Positions 1 to 10,495 of a stretch of DNA of 64,000 nt are shown here, piece after piece. The stretch lies in contig CAVSUY010000003.1 in NCBI GenBank assembly GCA_963731035.1, positions 49,012 through 113,011 of the forward strand. Direction: 5' to 3'. The first letter of the stretch is position 1, and every line of letters begins with the position of its first letter. Below the pieces are notes generated by a model. That model was not told the DNA's origin, made no database searches, and saw nothing but the letters and a program-made list of their open reading frames with translations. The translations under genes and the position numbers were made by a program. The stretch is from an uncultured Gammaproteobacteria bacterium (GTDB lineage: Bacteria; Pseudomonadota; Gammaproteobacteria; Arenicellales; JAANXG01).

Positions 1-1
1 G

Positions 2-517
2 AACATCGACGCCTCCCGCCACGCCAGGGAACGCACCCCGGCCGCTCAATATCTGGCATCGAGCTACTACGAGCGCTGGCTGGCCGGACTGGTAACGCTG
101 ATGCTCGAGCACGGCCTGGTCACCGAAGCCGAGCTCGCTACTGGCAGGCCCGGCGCGGCCGCACTCACTCCAGCGGTAGCCGCCGCCGAAGTGCCGGCCG
201 TTTTGGATCGGGGCGGGCCGAGCGTCCGGGCCGAGGGCCGGCCGGCGGGGCTCGCGGCCGGCCAGCGTGTCCGGGCGCGCAATATCAACCCCGAAACACA
301 CACCCGGCTACCGCGCTACGTCCGCGGGAAAACCGGTGTCATCGAGCGCGACCACGGCGTCCACGTGTTCGCCGATTCCAATGCCCACTTTCAGGGCGAG
401 CAGCCACAGCATCTGTACAACGTGCGCTTCGAGGCCGTCGAGCTGTGGGGTGAGTCCGCCGCGTTTCGCGGCGCCGTACACCTCGACCTGTGGGAATCAC
501 ATCTTGAAGGCTTCTGA
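2..517 (+). CDS. nthB: Nitrile hydratase beta subunit (5' end outside the window)
   Basis: Frame open from base 2: NIDASRHARE..YLASSYYERWL..HTRLPRYVRGKTG..HLYNVRFEAVELWG..HLDLWESHL, all NHase beta motifs. Confidence 0.93.
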   Translation, partial: NIDASRHARERTPAAQYLASSYYERWLAGLVTLMLEHGLVTEAELATGRPGAAALTPAVAAAEVPAVLDRGGPSVRAEGRPAGLAAGQRVRARNINPETHTRLPRYVRGKTGVIERDHGVHVFADSNAHFQGEQPQHLYNVRFEAVELWGESAAFRGAVHLDLWESHLEGF

Positions 518-872
518 GCTGCCGCTGGATGCGCTGGGGCCACTGCCGCGGGACGAGGACGGACCGGTCTTTGCGGAGCCCTGGCAGGCCAGCGCCTTCG
601 CCATGGCTGTGAAGCTGGCCGAGGCGGGCTCCTTCACCTGGAGCGAGTGGGCGCGGGCCTTCGGCGCCGAGCTCGAGGCGGCGCGCGACCTGCGGCCCAA
701 CGAACCCGCGACCTACTACGAGCACTGGCTTGCTGCGCTCGAGAAGCTGCTGGCGAGGAAGGGGCTGGCCGAGCCCGGTCGCCTGATGGGCCTGAAATCG
801 GCATGGACCGAGGCCTACGAGCGGACCCCCCACGGCGAGCCCGTAAGGCTCGACGTCACACCGAGCGGTTAG
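504..872 (+). CDS. Nitrile hydratase accessory (P14K-like) protein
   Basis: LPRDEDGPVFAEPWQASAFAMAVKL..FTWSEWA..YYEHWLAALEKLL..TPHGEP; the probable TTG start at 504 overlaps the end of nthB (the ORF-track start at 267 is too long). Confidence 0.88.
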   Translation: MKASELPLDALGPLPRDEDGPVFAEPWQASAFAMAVKLAEAGSFTWSEWARAFGAELEAARDLRPNEPATYYEHWLAALEKLLARKGLAEPGRLMGLKSAWTEAYERTPHGEPVRLDVTPSG

Positions 873-932
873 GACCGACACCGGTCGCCGTTCCGAGTAA
901 ACGAATAAACCGGGACGCAGCTGGCGAGCGGC

Positions 933-1607
933 ATGAACAATCAGTCACCGCCGGAGAACCACAGTAGTATTCGATGGCTCCGGGTGGCGGCCGCCGTCTG
1001 CGTAGCCATCACCCTCTACCTGGTGGGCAGGCACCTGGCCCATGGGCTCGTGGAGCAGTTCGATCTGCACATCCACGCCGCGAACGAAGCGATGGTTTTT
1101 CGGGCCATCGTGATGGCCACGGCATTCTATATCGTTCTGACTGCGATACCGTTCATGCCGGGGTTCGAGATCGGCCTCGGCATGCTCATGATGTTCGGCG
1201 CCGAGATTGCGTTCCTGGTATACGTGAGCACGGTTGCCTCTCTCACGCTGGCCTACCTCCTGGGAAGACTGCTTCCCGTGGAAGCAGTGGCCAGGATGTG
1301 CGGGGCAATGGGCCTGACCAGGGCGCGGCAATTCGTCGAGCGTCTCGCACCGCTTTCCGCAGAGGAGCGGATGGATTGGCTGGTGCGCGAGTCTCCGGTG
1401 CGGCTGATGCCTGGTATCGTGCGCCATCGCTATCTGCTGCTGGCGGTGCTGTTCAACCTCCCCGGCAACATGGTGATCGGCGGCGGCGGAGGAATTGCCT
1501 TGTTGGCCGGCATGACACGACTGTTCCCGCTAGTGCCCTACCTGTTGACGGTGGCCCTGGCGGTGGCCCCGGTACCGTTGATCGTCCATTTCACGGACTG
1601 GTGGTAA
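933..1607 (+). CDS. Membrane protein, DedA/VTT (TVP38-like) superfamily
   Basis: Several hydrophobic helices; AIPFMPG and LFNLPGN..GGGGGIALLAG re-entrant-helix-like motifs. Confidence 0.6.
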   Translation: MNNQSPPENHSSIRWLRVAAAVCVAITLYLVGRHLAHGLVEQFDLHIHAANEAMVFRAIVMATAFYIVLTAIPFMPGFEIGLGMLMMFGAEIAFLVYVSTVASLTLAYLLGRLLPVEAVARMCGAMGLTRARQFVERLAPLSAEERMDWLVRESPVRLMPGIVRHRYLLLAVLFNLPGNMVIGGGGGIALLAGMTRLFPLVPYLLTVALAVAPVPLIVHFTDWW

Positions 1608-1647
1608 CCGGAAAGCGCGATCCGGGCTCGGTCCGTCTCTGCCCGGC

Positions 1648-2943
1648 TTAGTTGTTCTGGGGCACCACGTGATCGATGGTGATGTCGATGGTCTTCGAGC
1701 TGCCCGGCGAAACCGGCCCGACCTCGCCTTCCAGGTCGCCGGGCTGGGCTATCGGTTGTCCGCTGCTCGAGACTCGGGCGCCGACCTTGACCTGTTTGAA
1801 TCCCGAGAGCTTGAGCTGAGGCATCATCGCCTGGGAGTCGTCCAGGGTGACCGTAACGGGCAGGTCCGCGACGGTCTTCCTCACCACCGCCAATGGCATG
1901 GGCGGCCCGCTCACGGCTTTGGCGAAGATGAACACGGTCGCCTGGCCGTCGGCGCTGTTCTTGAGCGACGGATCCAGCCCCACGCTGACCGTCAGTGACG
2001 CACCGGTCGCCGCGGCGGCCGCGGACGGTGCCGCCGCCGAGGCAACGCCGGTGCCGCCGCTGGATGCGACGGTGCCGGGCATGGTTTCCCCGCCTTTGCC
2101 GAAGCCCTTGTCGGCGAGCTTCTGGAGCATGTCCTTGACCTGCTGCAGCGGCTCTCCCTTCAGCATGGGCTCGACTCGTTGGTAGTAGGTCAGCGCGGTC
2201 CCGTAATCCTGCGCCTGGTAGGCAGCGGTCGCCGCCATCCACAGCGCCTGGGCATGGTTCGGGTCTTTCTCGAGGGCGCGTTTCACCAGCTGCGTCGGCT
2301 CGCCGGAGAGGTCGCCGCCGCGGGTCATGGCCAAGGCAGTGGCTTCCCGCACCAGCACCTCGGGTTCGTCGCCGACCAGCTGACGCAACTGGCGGAAGGC
2401 GTCGACGGCCTTGTCGTAGCGCTTCAATACCATGTAGCTGCGACCGAGCATGAACCAGCCGTCGGCGTCCTGGGGGTTCGCCTTGAGGCGCGCCGCGAGC
2501 TTCGACACCATCCCTTCCACGTCCGCCGCCGTGGGATGTCCCGCGGCCACGCCGGCCGCCGGGTTGTCGGTGGCACCAGAGAGCAAAGCCCGGGGCTGGC
2601 CCAGCGACAGGTAGAGCAGGCCGCTCAACACCGGTATGAACACCACCACCGCGATGGTGAGCCAGCGACTGCCGGGTCCGCCGCGCTGTCCACCGCCGGC
2701 CTGCTCCGGCAAATCGTCGGCGAGCTGGGCTTCCAGGTCGCGCACCTGCTCCGTGTACTCGTCATCGCTGATCTCGCCGTCGCGGTTCTTCTGCTTGAGC
2801 TCGGCGAGACGTTCGCGGCTGAGGGCGATCACGTCGTCCCGCTGGTCTTCCGAGCCGGCGCTGGTCTCGCGCATCAGCGGATAGAGCACCAAAGCAAGTG
2901 CCGTGAGCAGCAGCACCGTGGCCGCGATGAAGAATCCGATCAC
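1648..2943 (-). CDS. ccmI: Cytochrome c biogenesis protein CcmI (TPR)
   Basis: N-terminal TM helix, TPR region (NPQDADGWFMLGRSY), C-terminal GPPMPLAV..LDDSQAMMPQLKLS domain; last gene of the ccm operon. Confidence 0.9.
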   Translation of the reverse strand: MIGFFIAATVLLLTALALVLYPLMRETSAGSEDQRDDVIALSRERLAELKQKNRDGEISDDEYTEQVRDLEAQLADDLPEQAGGGQRGGPGSRWLTIAVVVFIPVLSGLLYLSLGQPRALLSGATDNPAAGVAAGHPTAADVEGMVSKLAARLKANPQDADGWFMLGRSYMVLKRYDKAVDAFRQLRQLVGDEPEVLVREATALAMTRGGDLSGEPTQLVKRALEKDPNHAQALWMAATAAYQAQDYGTALTYYQRVEPMLKGEPLQQVKDMLQKLADKGFGKGGETMPGTVASSGGTGVASAAAPSAAAAATGASLTVSVGLDPSLKNSADGQATVFIFAKAVSGPPMPLAVVRKTVADLPVTVTLDDSQAMMPQLKLSGFKQVKVGARVSSSGQPIAQPGDLEGEVGPVSPGSSKTIDITIDHVVPQNN

Positions 2944-2946
2944 CGG

Positions 2947-3423
2947 TCAGTCCTCCAGCAGGCTGCGTGCTTGTCGCCGCTTGTCGTCGCTCAGCTCTTC
3001 GGTGCCTGCGCGGCGCCGGCGCACCAGCATCACGACGACACCGAGCCCGATGGCCAACAGCAGTCCCGGGCCGGCCCACAACAGCACGGTGATGGGCTCA
3101 AAGCGGGGACGATAGAGTACGAATTGACCATAGCGCGCCGTCATATAGTCGAGCACTTCCTGCTCGTTCGCTCCCTTTTCCACCATTTCGTAGGCCTCCT
3201 GGCGCAAATCGCCCGCCAGGTCGGCACTGGAGGCCGCCAGGTTTTCGTTCTGGCAGACCAGGCATCTGAGCTCTCCGATGAGCTTCTCGTAAAGCTGCTT
3301 CCTGGCCGGGTCGTCGAAGTGACGAGCCTCGATGAGCGCGTAGGCCGCGGAGTTGATGGCCAGCAGGATTGCCAACAGCACGAGGCGCAGTCTGTATCGG
3401 TCAACATTGACGACAGGGGACAC
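2947..3423 (-). CDS. ccmH: Cytochrome c biogenesis protein CcmH
   Basis: LRCLVCQNENLAAS..ARYGQFVLYRP motif; the probable GTG start overlaps the ccmG stop. Confidence 0.9.
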   Translation of the reverse strand: MSPVVNVDRYRLRLVLLAILLAINSAAYALIEARHFDDPARKQLYEKLIGELRCLVCQNENLAASSADLAGDLRQEAYEMVEKGANEQEVLDYMTARYGQFVLYRPRFEPITVLLWAGPGLLLAIGLGVVVMLVRRRRAGTEELSDDKRRQARSLLED

Positions 3424-3962
3424 TAGGATTCCTGTAGAGACTTGATCTTGGGTATCAGGACTTTGGTAAGAGCGGAGTGGTCCACTGGTCCGATGTACTT
3501 GTAGCGCACCACGCCGAGACGATCGATGAGGAAAGTCTCCGGCACGCCATACACGCCCCAGTCGATGCCGACGCGTCCGTCGAGGTCCATGACCGACATC
3601 GTGTAGGGGTTGCCGAGGTCGGCCAGCCACTCGCGCGCGTCGGCGGGCTTGTCCTTGTAATTGAGCCCCACGATCGGCGCGATCTTCTGCGCCGCGAGCT
3701 GCTTCATCACCTCGTGCTCCGCCCGGCAGGATACGCACCAGGATGCCCACACGTTCAGCACCCACACCTTGCCGTGCATGTCGGTGGGGCTGAACTGGCT
3801 GCTTGGATTCGACAGGCGCGCCAACTGGAACGCCGGCGCCGGCTCACCGATCAGGGGCGAGGGGACTCTCCGGGGATCCAGGGTGAGGCCGATTGCCAGC
3901 ACCACCACCAGGAACACGAATACACCGGCCGGGAGCCAGTACTTCAGCCGCCCGGACGTCAC
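3423..3962 (-). CDS. ccmG: Thiol:disulfide oxidoreductase CcmG/DsbE
   Basis: NVWASWCVSCRAEH and GVYGVPETF motifs; GTG start overlaps the ccmF stop. Confidence 0.92.
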   Translation of the reverse strand: MTSGRLKYWLPAGVFVFLVVVLAIGLTLDPRRVPSPLIGEPAPAFQLARLSNPSSQFSPTDMHGKVWVLNVWASWCVSCRAEHEVMKQLAAQKIAPIVGLNYKDKPADAREWLADLGNPYTMSVMDLDGRVGIDWGVYGVPETFLIDRLGVVRYKYIGPVDHSALTKVLIPKIKSLQES

Positions 3963-5941
3963 GAAACGGCGCCCCCCTTCAATTCTTCGGCGGCGAACAC
4001 CGCCTCGCGGCGGGTCGCCCGGTAGCGCCTGTCGCTGGCCGCCAACGCCCCACCCAGCGCCATGAACAGGGCACCCATCCAGATCCAGCGGATGAAGGAC
4101 TTGTAATAGACCCGCAGCGTCCAGTGACCGTCGTTGCCCACCGGATCGCCGAGGGAGACGTACAGGTCGCGCGTCAGCCCGGGATTGATGGCCGCCTCGG
4201 TCATGGGATTGGTGTTGGCCTCGTACACGCGCTTCTCCGGCGTCAGCGTCATCAGTTGCTTGCCGTTCTGCGACACCTCGACCCGGCCGCGGCGCGCTGT
4301 GTAGTTGGGTCCCGGTACGGTGCTGACACCCTCGAACGTGAAGTCGTAGCCAGCGGCGTGATAGACCCCGCCCGGAGCCAGGCTGACGTCCTCCTCGACG
4401 CTGTAGATATTGGTCAGCGTGATGCCGACGATGAATACGCCGATGCCGGCGTGGGCCAGGCTCATGCCCCAGAATCCCCGCGGGATGGTCCGCAAGGCGG
4501 ATACCTTGTTCGGCTTGTTGGCCAGGCGGGCGTAGATGCCATAGACGGAGCTCGCAATCACCCACAGGGCCACGATCAGTCCGAAAGCCGCGGTCCAGGA
4601 GAACCCGGCGTACATCGCGAACGGCAGCACCGCGCCGAGTGCGACACTGGCCGCCAGTACCCAGCGCAGCCGCATCACCAGCTCGCGGAGCTGGTCCTTC
4701 TTCCACCTGCTGAGCGCCCCGATCCCGACCAACAGCGCCAGGGGCAGCGCCAGGGGAATGAACATGCTGTTGAAGTAGGGCGGCCCGACGGAGATCTTGG
4801 CGATATCGAAGGCGTCCAGGACCAGCGGGTACAGGGTGCCTAGCAGCACCATCGCCGCCAGCACCACCAGCAGGACGTTATTCAGCAGAATGAACGTTTC
4901 CCGTGACACCAGCTCGAAGCTGACGTGAGAGCGGATGTTGGGCGCCCGCCAGGCATACAGGCCCAGAGACCCGCCGATGACCACGGCCAGAAACATCAGT
5001 ATGAAGATGCCGCGAGCGGGGTCGGTGGCGAAGGCGTGCACCGAGGTGAGCACGCCGGAGCGCACCAGGAAGGTACCGAGCAGGGACAGCGAGAACGCGA
5101 ACACCGCCAGCAGCACGGTCCAGGCCTTGAATACTCCTCGGTTCTCGGTGGCCGCCAGGGAGTGAATCAGTGCCGTGCCCACCAGCCAGGGCATGAACGA
5201 GGCGTTCTCCACCGGATCCCAGAACCACCAGCCCCCCCAGCCGAGCTCGTAATAGGACCACCAGCTACCGAGGGCGATGCCGATGGTGAGGAACAGCCAG
5301 GCCACCAGTGTCCAAGGGCGGGTCCAGCGTGCCCAGGCGGAGTTGAGCCGGCCGCTCAGCATGGCCGCCACCGAGAAGGCGAAGGCTACCGAGAAGCCGA
5401 CATACCCGGTGTAGAGCATGGGCGGATGGATGGCGAGACCGGGATCCTGCAGCAACGGGTTGAGATCACGCCCCGAGGTAGCGGCGGGCAGCAGGCGCTC
5501 GAATGGGTCGGAGGTGAATAGGGTGAACATCAGGAAGCCAATGCTGATGAAGCCCATCACCCCCAGGACGCGGGCAATCACGTACTCCGGCACGCTGCGG
5601 CTGAATATCGATACCGCTCCCGTCCATATGCCGAGAATCAGCAGCCACAGCATCAGCGAGCCTTCGTGGGCGCCCCAGACGCCTGAGATCCGGTAGATGA
5701 GCGGTAGATCGACGTTGGAGTTCTCGGCCACGTAGGCCACCGAGAAGTCGTGGGTGATGAAAGCGTAGGTGAGGCACCCATAGGCGATCATCACCATCAG
5801 CATGTTGGCTCGGGCCGCGGGGCGCGCCACCGCGACCCAGGTGCCGTAGCCCCGGGCCGCACCGACGATGGGCACGAAGGTCTGAACGATCGCGACGACG
5901 AGCGCCAGGATCAGTGCGAAATGGCCGATTTCGGGGATCAT
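3959..5941 (-). CDS. ccmF: Heme lyase CcmF
   Basis: MIPEIGH start, WGGWWFWDPVENAS (WWD) motif, 660 aa. Confidence 0.97.
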   Translation of the reverse strand: MIPEIGHFALILALVVAIVQTFVPIVGAARGYGTWVAVARPAARANMLMVMIAYGCLTYAFITHDFSVAYVAENSNVDLPLIYRISGVWGAHEGSLMLWLLILGIWTGAVSIFSRSVPEYVIARVLGVMGFISIGFLMFTLFTSDPFERLLPAATSGRDLNPLLQDPGLAIHPPMLYTGYVGFSVAFAFSVAAMLSGRLNSAWARWTRPWTLVAWLFLTIGIALGSWWSYYELGWGGWWFWDPVENASFMPWLVGTALIHSLAATENRGVFKAWTVLLAVFAFSLSLLGTFLVRSGVLTSVHAFATDPARGIFILMFLAVVIGGSLGLYAWRAPNIRSHVSFELVSRETFILLNNVLLVVLAAMVLLGTLYPLVLDAFDIAKISVGPPYFNSMFIPLALPLALLVGIGALSRWKKDQLRELVMRLRWVLAASVALGAVLPFAMYAGFSWTAAFGLIVALWVIASSVYGIYARLANKPNKVSALRTIPRGFWGMSLAHAGIGVFIVGITLTNIYSVEEDVSLAPGGVYHAAGYDFTFEGVSTVPGPNYTARRGRVEVSQNGKQLMTLTPEKRVYEANTNPMTEAAINPGLTRDLYVSLGDPVGNDGHWTLRVYYKSFIRWIWMGALFMALGGALAASDRRYRATRREAVFAAEELKGGAVS

Positions 5942-6399
5942 TGTCCGTGTGCTCGCTTGAACTCCGCGGCGATGTCCTTGGCCTTGGCGTTCTTCAAGGC
6001 GTCGGCCACCTCCGGCGGCATGTATTTGGAATCGTGCTTGGCCAGGACCTCGTCCGCCTGGAATACCCCCTCGCCATCGATCACCCCCTGGGCTACGATG
6101 CCTTGCCCTTCACGGAACAGGTCCGGAAGGATACCACTGTACTGCACGGCGACGGTCTGGTTGCCGTCGGTTAGATCGAACCGAACGTCGACTCCGCTGC
6201 GGTGCACGCTGCCGTTCACCACCAGTCCGCCGACCCGGAAGCGCTTGTTGGTCGGCAAGTCGCCGGCCTTGACCTGGGAGGGGGTCACGAAATAGAGCAA
6301 GTTCTTCTGAAACGCAGTGAGGGCCAACGCTGTCGCCGTGCCGATACCTATCACCACCAGCACCACGACCATGAGCCGCCGTTTCTGGCGCGGGCTCAT
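5938..6399 (-). CDS. ccmE: Heme chaperone CcmE
   Basis: LPDLFREGQG and VLAKHDSKYMP motifs. Confidence 0.95.
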   Translation of the reverse strand: MSPRQKRRLMVVVLVVIGIGTATALALTAFQKNLLYFVTPSQVKAGDLPTNKRFRVGGLVVNGSVHRSGVDVRFDLTDGNQTVAVQYSGILPDLFREGQGIVAQGVIDGEGVFQADEVLAKHDSKYMPPEVADALKNAKAKDIAAEFKRAHGQ

Positions 6400-6566
6400 G
6401 ACGATTCTCCCCGCACCAGGGCGTCACGCCTCAGGTGTTCGAGTACGCGGCGCTTCTTGCGCACGGCCCACATGACGTTTCCCGACAGCACGATGAAAGC
6501 GAGCGCGAAGGACGTCCAGACGTAGAACGCGTACCCGCCCATGTAAAAGAATTCGCTCCAGTTCAT
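6396..6566 (-). CDS. ccmD: Heme exporter protein CcmD (56 aa, below the ORF-track cutoff)
   Basis: Manual translation MNWSEFFYMGGYAFYVWTSFALAFIVL..; ATGA overlaps with both ccmC and ccmE. Confidence 0.9.
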   Translation of the reverse strand: MNWSEFFYMGGYAFYVWTSFALAFIVLSGNVMWAVRKKRRVLEHLRRDALVRGESS

Positions 6567-7300
6567 AACGACCTTACGACTTCACCAACCCATTGACTGC
6601 GGTGCTCCCGCTCGAGCAGCTCGTAGCGAACCCGATACAGGAGCAGCGCCCCGAAATAGAACATAAAAGCCAGCGCCATGAGCAGCAAAGGTATGAGCAT
6701 GCTCACCGCAATCGACGGGGCCCCGAACTTGGTTACCGTCGGCCCCTGGTGCAGGGTGTTCCACCACTGCACGGAATAGTGAATGATTGGGACATTGACC
6801 ACACCAACGATTGCCAATATCGCCGCCGCCCGCTCGCCGGACTGGCGCTGCTCGAAAGCGTTGTACAGGGCGATGATCCCAAGGTAAAGAAACAACAACA
6901 GCAGCTCGGAGGTCAAGCGGGCGTCCCACACCCACCAGGTGCCCCACATGGGTTTGCCCCAGAGAGAGCCCGTGGCCAGGGCCAGAAACGTGAACGAAGC
7001 CCCGATGGGGGCCGAACACAGGGACACCACGTGGGCCAGCTTGATCCGCCAGACCAGGCCGATGGCCGCGGACACGGCCATCACCGTATATACGAACAGC
7101 GACATCCACGCCGACGGCACGTGGATGAACATGATGCGGTAGCTGTCGCCCTGCTGATAATCCGGTGGCGCCACGAACAGGCCGAGATACAGACCCACCG
7201 CCATCAGCACGACCGCCACCGCGGCCAGCCATGGAATCCACCTGCCGGCGGTGCCGAAGAACTCGCGCGGCGACGCGAGTCGATGAAACCATTTCCACAT
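6563..7300 (-). CDS. ccmC: Heme ABC transporter permease CcmC
   Basis: MWKWFHRLASP start; WGKPMWGTWWVWDARLTS and WWNTLHQG motifs. Confidence 0.96.
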   Translation of the reverse strand: MWKWFHRLASPREFFGTAGRWIPWLAAVAVVLMAVGLYLGLFVAPPDYQQGDSYRIMFIHVPSAWMSLFVYTVMAVSAAIGLVWRIKLAHVVSLCSAPIGASFTFLALATGSLWGKPMWGTWWVWDARLTSELLLLFLYLGIIALYNAFEQRQSGERAAAILAIVGVVNVPIIHYSVQWWNTLHQGPTVTKFGAPSIAVSMLIPLLLMALAFMFYFGALLLYRVRYELLEREHRSQWVGEVVRSL

Positions 7301-7417
7301 ACGCTGTGTTACTGCATTGTGACCGTTCCCCCCTATTGTCCGGGAAACGGTCATCAATTCACAGTTTCCCGACGAGGGGAACCTGTCGGAAAATTTTGCG
7401 GAGCATCGGTCAAATCG

Positions 7418-8077
7418 TTATTCCAGGGCAACTCTCAGCGCTCCCGAGATGGCGAAAGGCGCCAGTGTGAGGGCCAATGCCAGCAGCGCGGCCAGCAGAT
7501 ACATTTGGCCTGAAGCATCCAATCCGTTCGCCGTCAGGTCCACCGCGCCCGCCCCCATGATCAGCACAGGCACGTACAGCGGCAGAATCAGCAGGGCCAG
7601 CAGGACCCCCCCCCGTTTCAGCCCCACCGTCAGGGCGGCGCCGATGGCGCCCACCAGGCTCAACGTCGGCGTTCCCAGGAGCAGGGTGACGAACAATACC
7701 CTGAGGCTGTCGCCCTCCAGGAACAACGCGCTGCCCAGCACCGGCGACAACAGGCACAGCATCAGGCCGGTGATGATCCAGTGGGCCAGGACCTTGACCA
7801 ACGCCACGGCATACAAGGGGTAGTTGGCCAGCGCGAATTGCTCCAGAGCCCCGTCCTCGTAGTCGGAGCGGAACATGTGCTCCAGGGACAGAAGCGTGGC
7901 GAGCAGTGCCGATACCCAGACGATCCCCGGGGCCGCGAGGGCCAGCTTATTGGGACCCACGCCCAACCCCAGCGGAAACAGGGATACCACGATCACGAAG
8001 AACGCCAGCGGGTTGACCCATTCGGACCGTCGCCGGTAGGCGAGCTGCAGTTCACGTTTGAATATCGCCTTAAACAT
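7418..8077 (-). CDS. ccmB: Heme exporter permease CcmB
   Basis: FRSDYEDGALEQ and LILPLYVPVLI motifs. Confidence 0.95.
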   Translation of the reverse strand: MFKAIFKRELQLAYRRRSEWVNPLAFFVIVVSLFPLGLGVGPNKLALAAPGIVWVSALLATLLSLEHMFRSDYEDGALEQFALANYPLYAVALVKVLAHWIITGLMLCLLSPVLGSALFLEGDSLRVLFVTLLLGTPTLSLVGAIGAALTVGLKRGGVLLALLILPLYVPVLIMGAGAVDLTANGLDASGQMYLLAALLALALTLAPFAISGALRVALE

Positions 8078-8081
8078 GGAG

Positions 8082-8720
8082 CTACGCCGTCAGCGAAAGT
8101 TCCCGGCACATCCCGGCCAGGTCGCGGTCCACCAGCGGTTGGTGGCTGGCGAACAGGCACAGGCCGCCGGCGCGCCGGTGCTCGTCGAGCAGCTTCTCCA
8201 CGATGCCCCTGCCGCGCTCGTCCAGGGAAGTGAACGGTTCGTCCAGCACCCAAAAGGACCGCACCGCCAGAAGCAGGCGGGCCAGGGCGGTGCGCCGGCG
8301 CTGGCCCGCGGACATTTGGCCGGCGGGAATATCGCGGCAGGCTTCCAATCCGAGCTGCTCGATGGCCGGGTCCACAGCCTGCGGATCGCCCCCCGCCAGG
8401 CGGGCATGGAAGGCCAGGTTTTCCCGGGCGCTGAGTTCAGCTTTGAAGCCGTCGCGATGCCCCACGTAGGCGCATTGCCGCTTGAATTGCTCGGAGCTGC
8501 GGGTGACCTCGCCGTGCCACAGCACGGAGCCGGCCTCCGCCAGCGCCAGGCCGCAGACGATGCGCAGCAGACTGGTCTTGCCGCAGCCGTTGGGACCGGT
8601 CACCTGGGCCAGCTCGCCGGACGCCATCTGGAGGTTCAATTCCCGGAACAGCAGCCGGTCCCCTCGCACGCAGGCGAGGCCCCGGATCTCGAGCTCAGTG
8701 CTGTTCTGCGCTGCCGGCAT
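8082..8720 (-). CDS. ccmA: Heme ABC exporter ATPase CcmA
   Basis: GPNGCGKTSLLR Walker A, MSAGQRRR signature, VLDEPFT; start uncertain. Confidence 0.93.
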   Translation of the reverse strand: MPAAQNSTELEIRGLACVRGDRLLFRELNLQMASGELAQVTGPNGCGKTSLLRIVCGLALAEAGSVLWHGEVTRSSEQFKRQCAYVGHRDGFKAELSARENLAFHARLAGGDPQAVDPAIEQLGLEACRDIPAGQMSAGQRRRTALARLLLAVRSFWVLDEPFTSLDERGRGIVEKLLDEHRRAGGLCLFASHQPLVDRDLAGMCRELSLTA

Positions 8721-8871
8721 GGGATGAAGCGGTCTTGTCTGGGAGAACATCCGAAGAAGGCAGCGGAACATACCATGGCCGGCCGGGACAGGCTATCGCG
8801 GCTTCTGGATCTTCGAAGGAATCGTGGCTGTACTGGGATCGGTCCCGACGAACCCGGCATATCCCTGTCCA

Positions 8872-8950
8872 CGGGGGGCAAAGCCGCTCCTGCAATTCTC
8901 GGGTTGCCTCGGTGCCGATCCCCGGATCGTAGGAGCGGTTTTAGCCGCGA
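8872..8950. repeat. REP doublet, family A (GTAGGAGCGGYTTCAGCCGCGA)
   Basis: Degenerate minus copy at 8872-8893, 35-nt linker, plus copy gtaggagcggttttagccgcga at 8929-8950. Confidence 0.75.
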
Positions 8951-9111
8951 TCCCACCCCAATCCAGGCGATTTTGTCTTGAGTTCGTGAAGTTTCAGCGA
9001 TTAGACTTGAGTCCAAACCACTTGGCCGAACCGGGGCGCCGACCCAATCCATTTGCGCAAACTGACGTTACTCCTCACCCCTGTGCGGGCCGCTGCCCGC
9101 TTTTCCCGCTC

Positions 9112-10476
9112 GTGACCCGAAAGGTATTTGTACAGACTTTCGGCTGCCAGATGAACGAGTACGACTCGTCACGCATGGTGGACGGCTTGCGCGCCTCGCA
9201 CGGGATGGCCCTCGCCCAGCGGCCGGAGGATGCCGACGTTCTGTTGTTGAACACCTGTTCGGTGCGCGAGAAGGCCCAGGAGAAGGTGTTCTCGCAGCTT
9301 GGACGCTGGCGGGAGTTGAAGCAGGACAATCCCGAGTTGGTCATCGGCGTCGGCGGCTGTGTAGCCAGCCAGGAGGGCGACGCGATATTGGCCCGGGCAC
9401 CCTTTGTCGACCTGGTGTTCGGGCCCCAGACCCTGCACCGTCTGCCCGCGCTGCTGAACGAGGTCTACGCCTCCCGGCGACCGCAGGTGGACGTCAGCTT
9501 CCCGGAGATCGAGAAGTTCGACTGCCTGCCACCCCCTCGCAAGGAGGGAGTGACCGCCTTCGTCTCCATCATGGAAGGGTGCAGCAAGTACTGCAGCTTC
9601 TGCGTGGTGCCCTACACCCGCGGCGAGGAGTTCAGCCGCCCCTTTGATGATGTCCTGGCGGAGGTCGTCGGGTTGGCGGAGCAGGGCGTGCGCGAGGTCA
9701 CCCTGCTGGGACAGAACGTGAACGGCTACCGCGGCCGTATGCACGGTGGCGACCAGGCGGACTTTGCCCTGCTGCTGCGCTACGTGTCCGAGATCGACGG
9801 CATCGAGCGTATCCGTTACACCACCTCGCATCCCGTCGAATTCAACGACAACCTGGTCGATGTCTACGGCGATCTCGACAAGCTCGTCAGCCACCTCCAC
9901 CTGCCCGTGCAGTCGGGCTCGGACCGGATCCTGACAGCCATGAAGCGCCGCTACACCGCCCGCTCCTACCGGGCACTGGTGGAACGGCTGCGGGCGCTCC
10001 GTCCGCACCTGTCGCTGTCCTCGGATTTCATCGTTGGTTTCCCCGCAGAGACCGAGGCTGACTTCGAGGCCACCATGGACCTGATCCGGGATGTGGGTTT
10101 CGATCAATCCTTCAGCTTTGTCTACAGCCCGCGACCGGGCACTCCGGCGGCCGATCTGGCAGACGACGTGTCGCTCGAGACCAAAAAGCACCGCCTGTCC
10201 CGTCTTCAGAAGGTCATCAACGGCCAGGCCGCGAAGATCAGTGAGGGCATGGTAGGGACCGTGCAGCGGGTGCTGGTGGACCGTCCTTCGAGAAAGGACC
10301 CCAAGCAATTGTCCGGACGCACCGACAACAACAGGGTCGTGAACTTCGACGGCCCGCCCGGGCTCATTGGCCGATTTGCCGACGTGGTGATTGCCGAGGC
10401 ACTGCCCAATTCCCTGCGTGGCCGGCTTCATTCCGCGGACCTGTCTGGGTCTTCCTCCTTGAAGGCGACGGCCTGA
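9112..10476 (+). CDS. miaB: tRNA methylthiotransferase MiaB
   Basis: [11 protein letters not shown], radical SAM motif [14 protein letters not shown]-terminal TRAM domain; GTG start at 9112. Confidence 0.96.
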   Translation: MTRKVFVQTFGCQMNEYDSSRMVDGLRASHGMALAQRPEDADVLLLNTCSVREKAQEKVFSQLGRWRELKQDNPELVIGVGGCVASQEGDAILARAPFVDLVFGPQTLHRLPALLNEVYASRRPQVDVSFPEIEKFDCLPPPRKEGVTAFVSIMEGCSKYCSFCVVPYTRGEEFSRPFDDVLAEVVGLAEQGVREVTLLGQNVNGYRGRMHGGDQADFALLLRYVSEIDGIERIRYTTSHPVEFNDNLVDVYGDLDKLVSHLHLPVQSGSDRILTAMKRRYTARSYRALVERLRALRPHLSLSSDFIVGFPAETEADFEATMDLIRDVGFDQSFSFVYSPRPGTPAADLADDVSLETKKHRLSRLQKVINGQAAKISEGMVGTVQRVLVDRPSRKDPKQLSGRTDNNRVVNFDGPPGLIGRFADVVIAEALPNSLRGRLHSADLSGSSSLKATA

Positions 10477-10495
10477 GCCGCGATATCCCCAGTCG

